DNA from: a bacterium
GTDB lineage: Bacteria; UBA8248
Assembly: GCA_965202625.1 (NCBI GenBank)
Contig: CBDBBI010000010.1
Span: 480,001-544,000, forward strand
Direction of reading: 5' to 3'
DNA: 64,000 nt
This document shows positions 17,990-27,811 of this stretch, piece by piece (position 1 is the stretch's first letter; each line of letters begins with the position of its first letter). The translations under genes were made by a program, and so were the position numbers. The notes below the pieces were generated by a model. That model was not told the DNA's origin, made no database searches, and saw only the letters and a list, made by a program, of their open reading frames with translations.

Positions 17990-18907
17990 ATGATCGATGT
18001 TCCTTCGTGCCCCGACGGCCCCCATGCGCCATCGGGGGGGGGGCACCTGCCCTTGGGCCAAGACGGGAATGGCAGATCCCCCGAACCCATCCTCTTTTGT
18101 GAAGACAACCTCGCTTTCATGGCCAGATTTCCTGATGCGATGATGAAGCTCGTCATCACTTCGCCCCCATACAACTTGGGGAAGGAATACGAATCGAAAA
18201 CATCGCTCGATTCCTACCTGTATGCACAGGAGCGCGTGATAAAGGAATGTGTCCGACTTCTTCATCCCCAAGGCTCCATCTGCTGGCAGGTCGGGAACTA
18301 TGTGCGAAACGCTGAAATCATTCCGCTTGATACCGTGCTCTACCCCGTATTTCGTGCGGAAGGACTCAAGCTTCGCAACCGAATTGTCTGGTGTTTCGGC
18401 CACGGGCTCCATTGCGCCAAGAGGCTCTCGGGCCGATACGAGACGATCAACTGGTGGACGAAAGGTGATAATTACACTTGGAATCTCGACCCAATACGAG
18501 TTCCGGCGAAATATCCTGGCAAGAGGCATTTCAAGGGGCCGAGAATGGGGCAGCTTTCGGGAAACCCGAAAGGCAAGAACCCGACTGACGTCTGGGCGTT
18601 CCCGAACGTAAAGAGCAATCACCCGGAAAAGACCGTTCATCCCTGCCAGTTCCCCGTCGAGCTGGCGGAGCGTCTTGTTCTTTCCATGACGGATGCAGGC
18701 GACGCGGTGCTCGACCCTTACATGGGCGTTGGTTCCGCCATTATCGCTGCGCTCATGCACGGAAGAGCGGCTTACGGTTGTGACATTGTTCCCCAATACG
18801 TGGAGATCGCCCGCCAGCGAGTGCGCGAGCTGCGCGCGGGGATTCTCAAAACACGCCCGATGGGGAAGCCCATCTACGACCCCTCGAAACCGAAAGGGGG
18901 GCATTAA
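17990..18907 (+). CDS. Site-specific DNA methyltransferase (N4-C/N6-A, beta class)
   Basis: ITSPPYN precedes HPCQFP and VLDPYMGVGS; G10 run at 18034-18043. Confidence 0.93.
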   Translation: MIDVPSCPDGPHAPSGGGHLPLGQDGNGRSPEPILFCEDNLAFMARFPDAMMKLVITSPPYNLGKEYESKTSLDSYLYAQERVIKECVRLLHPQGSICWQVGNYVRNAEIIPLDTVLYPVFRAEGLKLRNRIVWCFGHGLHCAKRLSGRYETINWWTKGDNYTWNLDPIRVPAKYPGKRHFKGPRMGQLSGNPKGKNPTDVWAFPNVKSNHPEKTVHPCQFPVELAERLVLSMTDAGDAVLDPYMGVGSAIIAALMHGRAAYGCDIVPQYVEIARQRVRELRAGILKTRPMGKPIYDPSKPKGGH

Positions 18908-19519
18908 GTGCGCATCAAGGCCCGTTACTCTCATCTGAACGGCGAGGAATATCTGATCGTCCACCGCAATCAGTTGTGGGAAGAGATACAGGACGTGATT
19001 TCAGAGGTTGACGCGGAGGCTTGTCGGACCAAGATCTCCCGGGAAAAGACCATGCCGGGAAAGGTGCTGTTCTCGCCCGCCGACATGAACCGGGAGTTCA
19101 AAGATGGTCTTAAGGCGCACGGCTGGAGCGAGCGGAGAAACACGTTTTGGCTTGCGGCAGATGAAAAGCTCATGCGCGGCATTTATGGGTTGCCGGAAAG
19201 CGAGCAGAAACGCGCGATTGAGCAGGCGGGGCATGAACCGATCATGTCCTACAACCAGACGGATTTCGTGAAAGAGCGCGTCGCGGTAGAGGTTCAGTTT
19301 GGCAAGTACGCCTTCGTCGCGCACGACCTGTTCGTGAAGCATCTCAGCTTCTACGTTTCCGAAGTCATTGACGTAGGCGTCGAGATACTCCCCATGAAGG
19401 AACTAGAGCGGGAGATGTCCTCCGGCGTCGCTTACTATGAGCGGGATTTGCTGAACGTTCTACGCCAGGGCCGCGGAGTTCCTGCAGTTCCTCTGGTGCT
19501 CGTCGGAGTCGCGCCGTGA
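18908..19519 (+). CDS. Type II restriction endonuclease, BglII/BstYI family
   Basis: YSHLNGEE, QTDFVKERVAVEVQFGKY (D..ExQ catalytic motif) and IDVGVEILP. GTG abuts the MTase stop. Confidence 0.88.
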   Translation: MRIKARYSHLNGEEYLIVHRNQLWEEIQDVISEVDAEACRTKISREKTMPGKVLFSPADMNREFKDGLKAHGWSERRNTFWLAADEKLMRGIYGLPESEQKRAIEQAGHEPIMSYNQTDFVKERVAVEVQFGKYAFVAHDLFVKHLSFYVSEVIDVGVEILPMKELEREMSSGVAYYERDLLNVLRQGRGVPAVPLVLVGVAP

Positions 19520-19582
19520 GGTGCGTTCCGATCGAGCCAAGCGGGGTAATGCCCCCTAAAGTCCACACGGTGCGCGGCGCTC

Positions 19583-20245
19583 CTATTCGCCGCCCTCCTG
19601 AAAGGCGATGCGCTCGCCGGGAGGTTCGACCACGAGATGGAGGGCCTCGGCGACGCGCCCCGTCAGATTCCACAGCCCGCAGATGAGGGTGAGGGAGACG
19701 AGCTGCTCCGTTCCGAAATGGCGCTTCATATCCGCAAACGCCGCATCGTCCTCCTTGGCCGTCAGGTTCGTCACCGCCTCCGCCCAGGCAATGACAGCCT
19801 TTTCCTTCGCGTTGAAAAGGGGACTCTCCCGCCAGCCGTTCTCTTCAAGCATGTTGATCTGCTCTTGCGTGACGCCTTGAGCCCGACCGAGCTCGACGTT
19901 GTGCCCGAGTCAGTTGTTGCACGCGGTCAAGATCGCCGTCTTGATGATAACGAGCTGGGCCATGCGCAGGTATTCGGGGTCGGTTTTCTGGTGTGCGACC
20001 CTGAGCTTGCCGTCCATGATCTGCCAACCCTCGACGAAGCCGGGCGCCCAGCCGAGCAGGCGCAAGAAACGCGAGACGCGCCCCCATCGCTTTCTGCCGC
20101 GCGCATAAAGGGGCGCGAGTTCGGCGATCAGGTGTTCAGGAATGTCGTCCGGATCGATCAAGGGCACGCGGGGCAGGGGGCAGCTCATCATCTCATCGGT
20201 GACGCCCATCCCCCGGGCGAGGCCCGTGGCTTCGTCTATCGGCAT
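19583..20245 (-). CDS. AhpD/carboxymuconolactone-decarboxylase-like selenoprotein (CxxU)
   Basis: Two track ORFs are in one frame, separated by TGA 19910-19912 in ...TACNN-U-LGH. SECIS-like hairpin follows; RBS AGGA before ATG 20245; 220 aa. Confidence 0.85.
19872..19899 (-). promoter_or_regulatory. Bacterial SECIS element
   Basis: ACGUC-GAGCUC-GGUC-GGGCUC-AA-GGCGU. The G-initiated apical loop is separated from the UGA by 21 nt. Confidence 0.75.
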
Positions 20246-20471
20246 GGGGATTGTCCTTTCCTGAGGCGGGAGATTTGGGCGCGCTCGCGCAGGAGACAAT
20301 CCGCCATGAGCAAAAGCTATGCTCGCCGCCGCCAAACTGCGCACTTCTCCGCCGCCGTCGGCACCCCCATCACAACGCACAATGTGTGTTCATCTATATA
20401 TTGCTGCTGGTTTGTTTCTATTATACATTCAGTTTTCTCGCAAGCAATGAACCTCGACGCCGGACCAAAGG

Positions 20472-21746
20472 ATGAGGGTCATCATGTGGAGATGGAGAGT
20501 TTTCGCATTTTTCGTTGTCGCGGGCGTTCTTGTCGCTTGCGGCGACGAACACAACGATGAGGTCAGTGAAAGCAAAGTCATCCGGCCGGTGAACGCCATT
20601 GTGGTAAAGCCTGTTTCCCTCGAATTTCAGCGCAGCTATCCGGCCGTTGTGCTTCCTGCGCGGGAGGTGACTCTTTCCTTTCGCAATTCGGGCCGCATCA
20701 GAAAATTACCTGTGCGGGCGGCCACGCTGGTCAAGCGGGGCGAGTTGATAGCCCAGTTGGACACGCGCGACTATCGAACGATTGTCGGGCAACTAGAAAG
20801 CCAAAAGGCGCAGGCTGAGGCGCAACTGCGCTTGTTGCGAAGCGGTGCGCGATTCGAGGATATTTCCGCTCTGGAGGCTGAGCTGCGGGCCGCGCGGGCG
20901 CAGGTAAATGCGGCGCGAGAGCAGGTGAAAAGAACCAAAACCCTGTTGAAGCAGGGTATTGTTTCACAAGTCGGGCTGGACAAGGACGAGACCGCACTGG
21001 CGGTAGCGGAAGCCAACTTGAGGGTAAGTCAGGCAAAGCTCAACAAGGGCAGGGCCGGCGCCCGATTGGAGGAGATCGAAGCGCAAAAAGCAGCCATCGC
21101 AGGACTTGACGCGCGGCTGCAAGCGGCTCGCGCGGATTTGGCCGACACGACTCTGCGGGCTCCCTTCGATGGGATCATTGCGCGCCGGCTGGTTGACAAT
21201 TTCACCAATGTCCAGGCGAAGGACCCGATTGTCCTGTTGCAGGAACTCGCCACGCTGGAACTCGGATTTGACGCGCCTGGGCCGGATGTGGCCCGCTTCG
21301 GTAAAGCGAAAAACGTAGTGCTGACGGCATCGCTTGACGCTCTGCCGGGCGAGGAATTCGAAGCAAAACTGGTGGAATTTTCGACGCAAGCCAATTCCGC
21401 CACACTGACCTATCGGGGCCGTGTGTCAATCGGACGGCCTGAAGGCGCAACCATTTTGCCCGGCATGGTGGGCTCCGTAAATATTGCGCAAAAGGCGATA
21501 TCCGGTGGCGGCATTGTGGTGCCAATCACCTCCGTTGTGTCAAAAGCGGACGGCGCTCCCTTCGTCTGGGTGATTGCGGCCGGAAGCGGCGCGGTCGAGA
21601 AACGGCCGGTGCGGACGGGTGAGGCGATGGGAGCGAAAATCAGAATCCTGAGCGGTTTGTCGCCCAGAGATGTCATAGCGGTGGCGGGACTGTCGCGCTT
21701 GCTTCCGGGAATGGTCGTCCGCCCCGTCATCGATGGCGGGCGCTGA
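20472..21746 (+). CDS. RND efflux periplasmic adaptor (MFP)
   Basis: Lipobox LVAC; lipoyl halves; long coiled coil; LRAPFDG. Confidence 0.93.
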   Translation: MRVIMWRWRVFAFFVVAGVLVACGDEHNDEVSESKVIRPVNAIVVKPVSLEFQRSYPAVVLPAREVTLSFRNSGRIRKLPVRAATLVKRGELIAQLDTRDYRTIVGQLESQKAQAEAQLRLLRSGARFEDISALEAELRAARAQVNAAREQVKRTKTLLKQGIVSQVGLDKDETALAVAEANLRVSQAKLNKGRAGARLEEIEAQKAAIAGLDARLQAARADLADTTLRAPFDGIIARRLVDNFTNVQAKDPIVLLQELATLELGFDAPGPDVARFGKAKNVVLTASLDALPGEEFEAKLVEFSTQANSATLTYRGRVSIGRPEGATILPGMVGSVNIAQKAISGGGIVVPITSVVSKADGAPFVWVIAAGSGAVEKRPVRTGEAMGAKIRILSGLSPRDVIAVAGLSRLLPGMVVRPVIDGGR

Positions 21747-21748
21747 TA

Positions 21749-24700
21749 GTGATGGACCTCGCTAGATTCGCGATGGAAAAGCGCCTGATCAGCGCGCTTT
21801 TTACATTCCTGATTTTGGGGGGTGGATACTACGGCTACAAAAACTTGCCGCGCTTCGAGGACCCCGAATTCATGATTCGCCAAGCCCAGATCATCACGCC
21901 CTACGAGGGTGCGAACGCCGAGGAAGTTGCTGAGGAGGTAACCGAGGTCATCGAGGGCGCCATTCAGCAAATCGCGGGTGTCAAGGAAATCAAATCGCTT
22001 TCATCTATCGGGCTATCGGAGGCCAGAGTCGAATTCTCCATTGCATCGACGAAGAGTCGACTCGCTCTGCAGCAGAAATTCACGCAACTGCGCGCCAAAA
22101 TCTCCGATACGCAAAGTCGCTTGCCGCCAAACGCGGGCCCCGCCGTGGTCCATGATGACTTTGGGGATGTCTACGGACTTTATTTCGCCATAACCGGAGA
22201 TGGCTATTCCCTCTCGCAGCTGAATGATTACGCCAAAGCACTCCAGCGAGAACTTGTGCTCGTCCCCGGTGTTTCCAAGGTGGTTTTGAGCGGCGCGGCA
22301 CAGGAAGTCATTTATGTAGAATATGCTCCCACCCGGCTCTTCGGCCTTGGCCTGTTGCCGGAGCAGGTAGCGCAAGCGTTGAAGGGCCAAAATCTCATCG
22401 CCTCTGCGGGCGCTGCGCCAGCGGGGGACCTGCGTCTGGCGATACGCCCGGAATCAGCCATTGATTCGGTGGAGGCGATTGAGGGTCTCGTCATTGCGGA
22501 TCCCGCATCGGGCAGGGTCCATCGGCTTCGGGATGTTGCGAACGTTATCCGTGGCCAGAAAGAACCGGCGTGGCTGCGTTTTTTCCGCAACGGGCAACCG
22601 GCGGTCGTCATGGGCGTTTCCGGCATTCTGGGTGGAAACGTCGTGCGTATGGGCGATGACGTCAAGGTGCGAATGGCGGAACTGATCGGTGATAGACCGA
22701 TTGGGATCGACGTCACGCCGATCTCCGATCAAGGGGAGACGGTGCGCGTCTCGGTAAACGGCTTTGTCAGCAACGTGCTCCTCGCTCTGGCCATCGTGGT
22801 GGGCACTTTATTGGTCTTCATGGGCTTGCGTTCCGGTATTCTGATGGGCGGCATTCTGCTGGTGACCGTCGCCGCGACGCTGTTCGGTATGTATGTTTTC
22901 GGCCTGCACATGCAGCGCGTTTCCCTCGGTGCGCTGATCATCGCGCTCGGAATTTTGGTGGACAACGCCATCGTCGTTGTAGAGGGGACGCTGGTGCAGG
23001 TGCATCAGGGCGAGGATGCGACCTCCGCGGCATCCGCGATCGTCCACAAGACCAAGTGGCCGCTCCTGGGCGGGACGATCGTCGGTTTCCTCGCCTTCTC
23101 TCCCATCGGCTTCTCGCCCGACAACACCGGCGAATATGCGGGTTCGCTGTTTTGGACCATCACCATCGCGTTGGTGTTTTCTTGGTTGATAGCGATCTGG
23201 CTAACGCCCTATTTCTGCACGTTGTTGCTTATGCCGAAACCGATGGACGATAACACGCCCAAGCCGGGGGAGGGCTTCATTCTGCGCGGCTACCGACGCT
23301 TTCTCGAGGGGGTTCTACGGTTCCGCTGGATCACAATGGCGCTGGTCGCGGTTGCCCTGACTTTCGCCGTTGCCTTGTTCGGCCTCGTGCGGCCGGGCTT
23401 TTTCCCCGCATCGACGCGCGCGCAGTTAGTGGTCGATTATTTGGTGCCTGAAGGCACGGATATCGACCGCACGACGGCCGACGTGACCGAGATAGCAGCC
23501 TGGGTCCGGAATCAGGAAGGGGTGAGGGGGACCAACACCGTAGTGGGCGGAGGCCATCTTCGCTTCATGTTGACCTATTCCGCAGAAAGCGCCAGCCCTT
23601 CCTACGGCCAGATACTCGTGGACGTCGCCGATTCTACAGCTATCGAGCCTCTGCTGCCGCTCATTCTCGAGCACATCGAACAAAAATATCCCGACGCTGG
23701 CGCCAAGGTCTGGAAATTCAGCCTCGGCCCCGGTGGCGGATCGAAAATTGAGGCGCGCTTCACCGGCCCGGAGCCGACTATGCTCAGAGGTCTTGCCGAA
23801 CGGGCCAGCGCGATCTTTGCAAAAGAGGGCGCAGTCGGCGTCAAGGATGACTGGCGCAGCATGGTCCGGGTGGTGCGGCCGCGGATCAGTCAGCCGAACG
23901 CTAAGCGGCTGGGGTTGAGCCAAAATGATATTTCCAAGGCGTTCGCCGGGAATTTTGATGGGACAATCATCGGTTTCTATCGCGAGGCAGACGAGTTGCG
24001 GCAGATCATCATGCGGCCAACCAAGAGCAACCGCGATGATGTGGCCGATTTGAACGGTGTCCAGATATTCAGCCCCGTGACCGGAAAATACGTGCCGGTG
24101 AGCCAGGTTGTCGACGCTTTCGACGTGGTATTCGAGAACGGCCGCCTGCGCCGCGTCGACCGTTCGTTGTCAATCACCGCGCAGGCCGACCCGCCGCTCG
24201 GCGTGCTCGCGAGTGATCTTTTTGCCCGTGTTCGACCAAGGATCGAGGCCATTGAACTACCGCCGGGATATCGCCTGCAATGGGACGGCGAATACGGGGC
24301 CAGCCAGGAGGCCAACAGCGGCCTGGCGTCCACCATGCCCTTCGGTTTCGGCGCCATGGTCGTCGTCGTTTTCCTGCTTTTCAACGCCGTGCGCCAGCCG
24401 CTCATCATCTGGCTGACGGTGCCGCTCGCCTTCGTCGGCGTGATTTACGGCCTTATCCTGACCGACACGCCGCTGGAATTCATGGCGATACTGGGCGTTC
24501 TCAGCCTGACCGGCATGTTGATCAAGAACGCCATCGTCCTGATCGATCAAATCGACGCGGAAATCGCTGAAGGCAAAGCGCGCATGACCGCCATCGTGGA
24601 CGCCGCAGTCAGCCGCGCCCGGCCGGTCGTGCTTGCCGCGCTGACCACGATACTCGGCGTGGTTCCCTTGCTGTGGGATCCGTTCTTCAAGAGCCTCGCT

Positions 24701-24808
24701 ATTGTCATCATCTGTGGTCTGTCCTTCGCCACCGTGCTGACACTGCTCATCGTGCCGACGTTCTATGCCACTTTCTTCCGCGTGGGCGGCGGAGAGACGT
24801 GGAAGTAG
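21749..24808 (+). CDS. RND efflux permease (AcrB/AcrD/AcrF family)
   Basis: 1019 aa; LGILVDNAIVVVE, GMLIKNAIVLID and RARPVVL motifs. Confidence 0.95.
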   Translation: MMDLARFAMEKRLISALFTFLILGGGYYGYKNLPRFEDPEFMIRQAQIITPYEGANAEEVAEEVTEVIEGAIQQIAGVKEIKSLSSIGLSEARVEFSIASTKSRLALQQKFTQLRAKISDTQSRLPPNAGPAVVHDDFGDVYGLYFAITGDGYSLSQLNDYAKALQRELVLVPGVSKVVLSGAAQEVIYVEYAPTRLFGLGLLPEQVAQALKGQNLIASAGAAPAGDLRLAIRPESAIDSVEAIEGLVIADPASGRVHRLRDVANVIRGQKEPAWLRFFRNGQPAVVMGVSGILGGNVVRMGDDVKVRMAELIGDRPIGIDVTPISDQGETVRVSVNGFVSNVLLALAIVVGTLLVFMGLRSGILMGGILLVTVAATLFGMYVFGLHMQRVSLGALIIALGILVDNAIVVVEGTLVQVHQGEDATSAASAIVHKTKWPLLGGTIVGFLAFSPIGFSPDNTGEYAGSLFWTITIALVFSWLIAIWLTPYFCTLLLMPKPMDDNTPKPGEGFILRGYRRFLEGVLRFRWITMALVAVALTFAVALFGLVRPGFFPASTRAQLVVDYLVPEGTDIDRTTADVTEIAAWVRNQEGVRGTNTVVGGGHLRFMLTYSAESASPSYGQILVDVADSTAIEPLLPLILEHIEQKYPDAGAKVWKFSLGPGGGSKIEARFTGPEPTMLRGLAERASAIFAKEGAVGVKDDWRSMVRVVRPRISQPNAKRLGLSQNDISKAFAGNFDGTIIGFYREADELRQIIMRPTKSNRDDVADLNGVQIFSPVTGKYVPVSQVVDAFDVVFENGRLRRVDRSLSITAQADPPLGVLASDLFARVRPRIEAIELPPGYRLQWDGEYGASQEANSGLASTMPFGFGAMVVVVFLLFNAVRQPLIIWLTVPLAFVGVIYGLILTDTPLEFMAILGVLSLTGMLIKNAIVLIDQIDAEIAEGKARMTAIVDAAVSRARPVVLAALTTILGVVPLLWDPFFKSLAIVIICGLSFATVLTLLIVPTFYATFFRVGGGETWK

Positions 24809-24930
24809 GTTTACGGGAAAGAACTTCAAAACTGGCAATCCATGAGAACAAACCCGTGAGAGCGGCCGAATTTCTGCCATCATCCTGCAATTGCAAAAAC
24901 GGGTTCGAGAACTTCGAGCTGACGCCCGAC

Positions 24931-25058
24931 TGAGCAGGCCCAAAAAGCGCGAGACTTTCCCCCAGTGCCTCTTTGCCGCGCGCATACAAAGGCGCGCTCA
25001 TAGGTCAAATGTTCCGGCATGTCGTCCGGATCGATCAAGGGCGCGCGGGGAAGGAGAG
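24931..25058 (-). pseudogene. Fragment paralogous to the 5' part of the AhpD-like selenoprotein gene
   Basis: LPRAPLIDPDDMPEHL / APLYAR / KRHWGKVSRFLGLL in shifting frames matches LPRVPLIDPDDIPEHL...APLYARGRKRWGRVSRFLRLL. Confidence 0.8.
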
Positions 25059-25519
25059 TGATTTTTACCGTGTTCCCAACCGTTTGCACGTCCCGAGGAT
25101 GATCTATATCTTCCCACATGAGCGAACCGTCGCTACGCCGTGTGGATGCACCTTAGAGAAACCTTCCCGTCTTTACTGGAGAACGACTCCGGCGGCGTCT
25201 CGTTTTAGGGCGGAGCTCTTCACTTCATGATGCGGAAGAAGGCATCGAGCAGAGGAAGGAGGAGAAGAGCCATGGTTGCCTTGCCGGACACGCAAGAAGT
25301 CGGGGGACGCCGATCCCTTCATGGATGGGAAGGAATCCCGTGGCCGTCGCATAGGCGAGAAACAGTAAAAAGTAAGTGGGAAATAATAAAAATAAGAGAG
25401 ATAGAATATGGTTTATAAATTCAATATAACAAATTGATAAATTGCTGTTTATGAGTTTTCGACATACGCCTTTTGTGTTCTTGTTACTGGTGCGTGCGAG
25501 AGGGGGCGATGCGTCCTCC

Positions 25520-26743
25520 TCATGCCGGCATCACCTTGGGATGTTCCAGCATGTCCTTGAGCGTGGCGAGGAACTCGGCTGCCGGCGCGCCGTCGACGAG
25601 GCGGTGGTCGGCGTTGACCCCGATGTATGCTGTCGTTCGGGGCACGACCTCGCCCGCGCGCACCACGGCGCGCTCTCGCGCTGCGCCCACGGAGAGGATA
25701 GCGGATTCAGGGTGGTTGATAATGGCGCTGAAGTGATCGACCCCGTAGGCGCCCAGGTTCGATACCGTGAAGGTGCCGCCCTCCAGCGAGTCGGGCCCCA
25801 GGGCGCCCGCGCGGGCCGCCTCGGCCAGCGATCTTGACTCGCGCGAGATGGCGTCGATGGATTTCTGGTCCGCTCCCCTGATGACGGGCACCATCAGCCC
25901 CCCATCGACCGCGACGGCCACCCCGATGTTCACGTCTCGCATCTGCTCCAAGGTGCCTTCGCCCAGACGGACGTTCACGGCCGGACAACGGCGCACGGCG
26001 CGGGCGGTGTAGAAGATAATGAGGTCGTTGATGGATACCTTCACTCCCAGGTCGCTTTCCCAAGCTTGGCGGCTGGCCTCGCGCACAGCGAGAAGGTTGG
26101 TGAGGTCCACCTCGGCCTGCATGGTGATGCGTGGCGCCTGGGACCAGCTGTGGAGCATCCGATCCGCGATGATCTTCCGCATACCGGCCAGGGGAATGGC
26201 ACTGGCCACGAACGCAAGGTCGCTCCCTGCGGCCGGTTCGGCCAGGATGCCCGCTTCCGCCGCCGCTCTCACGTCGGCTTGTATGATTCTGCCGCCAGGG
26301 CCTGATCCTTTGAGGGTGCGAAAATCGACTCTTAACTCACGAGCTACGCGCCTAGCGGCTGGGCTGGCGAATATCCGGCCCGCAGGCGTGGACCTTAGCG
26401 CCTCGGGCGCGGACGTCGCCCGCGTGGATGGCGGACTCGCCTGCGTGTCCCTGGCGCTGGGCCCGGCTTTGGCTGCGGCGTTTTCAAATTTACTGATGTC
26501 CTCTCCCGCCGCGCCGATGACAGCGATATTCACGCCGCAGGAGACGACGTCGCCTTCTCCCGCCAACGTTTTGAGCAGGAGGCCCCCACCTGGCGATTCG
26601 ACCTCGTATTCGACCTTGTCGGTCTGAATGTCGAGAATGATCTCGCCTTTTTCGATCGCTTCACCTTCACCCTTACGCCATTTGAGAATACTACCTTCTT
26701 CCATCGTGAGACCGAGTTTGGGCATCGGGAGTGGGATGGCCAT
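25520..26743 (-). CDS. Dihydrolipoamide acyltransferase (E2)
   Basis: MPKLGLTMEEG, lipoyl-Lys QTDKV, E3-binding ASPAARR and catalytic DHRLVDG motifs. Confidence 0.93.
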   Translation of the reverse strand: MAIPLPMPKLGLTMEEGSILKWRKGEGEAIEKGEIILDIQTDKVEYEVESPGGGLLLKTLAGEGDVVSCGVNIAVIGAAGEDISKFENAAAKAGPSARDTQASPPSTRATSAPEALRSTPAGRIFASPAARRVARELRVDFRTLKGSGPGGRIIQADVRAAAEAGILAEPAAGSDLAFVASAIPLAGMRKIIADRMLHSWSQAPRITMQAEVDLTNLLAVREASRQAWESDLGVKVSINDLIIFYTARAVRRCPAVNVRLGEGTLEQMRDVNIGVAVAVDGGLMVPVIRGADQKSIDAISRESRSLAEAARAGALGPDSLEGGTFTVSNLGAYGVDHFSAIINHPESAILSVGAARERAVVRAGEVVPRTTAYIGVNADHRLVDGAPAAEFLATLKDMLEHPKVMPA

Positions 26744-27221
26744 GTTTCTTCTTACTCCTCATCATCCGGGTGATGAAATGTCGCAAAACTACTTTAAGTA
26801 TACCATGTGCGCCGGCGATTACGTTATTTGGTGCAGACGCACTCAATGGAGGTGCCTATGTAGTCAAAGACCTCCCTAACCACCAAGGCGGCGACTTCCG
26901 TTCCCCAGCCGCAGCGTTGCATTGCCTCCGAGCCTGAGTATGCGTTTATGATTCTTGTTAAACGAGGTCAGATGCTCGCGTATTAATGAGGGGCAAGTGC
27001 GCTTTTTTGAGGCGAGTTTCTCGCACCGCTTTTCCAAAGATGCCGCGCAAGGTCGCTTCCCCGTCTGGTTTGCTCTTCCGTATTTTTGTCTACTCTATTT
27101 GATGAAATCTAGCACTTGCCATGCCTTTGGGCAAGAATGCTTCCACACGGGGTCAAGAATATATTGCGCTTGCGCTTTGCTCGAATGTCGATTAGAGTAT
27201 TAGTGATTTTCATTGTTCAGT

Positions 27222-27250
27222 AAGTGGGTCAATTGATGACCCACTTTTTT
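27222..27250 (+). promoter_or_regulatory. rimP leader hairpin / attenuator
   Basis: AAGTGGGTCA-ATTGA-TGACCCACTT-TTTT just upstream of rimP, like the widespread GTGGG..CCCAC-U-tract rimP leader. Confidence 0.75.
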
Positions 27251-27275
27251 GTTCTCCTTTGAAATAGAGATTGTT

Positions 27276-27773
27276 GTGATAATTGATGTCGATGGTGAGA
27301 TCTGGATGACCGTCCATGAAGTAGTTGGCGACCTTGGACTTGAATTGCTTGATATCGAACTGGCCGAAAACCGAAGCGAGCGTCTCATTCGGGTGTATAT
27401 TGAAAAACCAGAAGGCATTCTCCTGTCTGACTGCGTGGCTGTCAGCCGAGCACTCGAAGAGTGTTTCGATAGAGAAAATATAATCAAAAATTCGTATCGC
27501 CTTGAAGTATCAAGTCCTGGCATGGAAAGGCCCCTGCGGAGAATGCGGGATTTTGAACGCTACGTTGGACGCGAGGTGCGAATGCGCTTGAAAGGGCAGC
27601 GAAAAAAAGAGAAGAGGCGCATTTCAGGGAAGTTAATTGGGGTTGATGAAAACATCGTCCAGGTGCTTCTAAGGAGTGGGGAGAAGGCGTCATTTTCATT
27701 GGTGGATATTGCAAAAGCGAACCTAGAGGTGGATTGGGAAGCGGAATTCCAAAGAGCGGGGGGATGGGGGTAG
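27276..27773 (+). CDS. rimP: Ribosome maturation factor
   Basis: IRVYIEK, DCVAVSR and YRLEVSSPGMERPL motifs; start uncertain. Confidence 0.93.
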   Translation: MIIDVDGEIWMTVHEVVGDLGLELLDIELAENRSERLIRVYIEKPEGILLSDCVAVSRALEECFDRENIIKNSYRLEVSSPGMERPLRRMRDFERYVGREVRMRLKGQRKKEKRRISGKLIGVDENIVQVLLRSGEKASFSLVDIAKANLEVDWEAEFQRAGGWG

Positions 27774-27811
27774 CGTTCATGCATCCATGTCCATGATGGA
27801 GGAGTAGTTTT

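Noticed and set aside
17933-18964. 343-aa minus-strand ORF
   Set aside because: Antisense shadow of the methyltransferase.
19583-20380. Two separate small genes or a nonsense pseudogene (track ORFs 19583-19852 and 19910-20380)
   Set aside because: Same frame, TGA at the CxxC position and a SECIS hairpin favour one selenoprotein.
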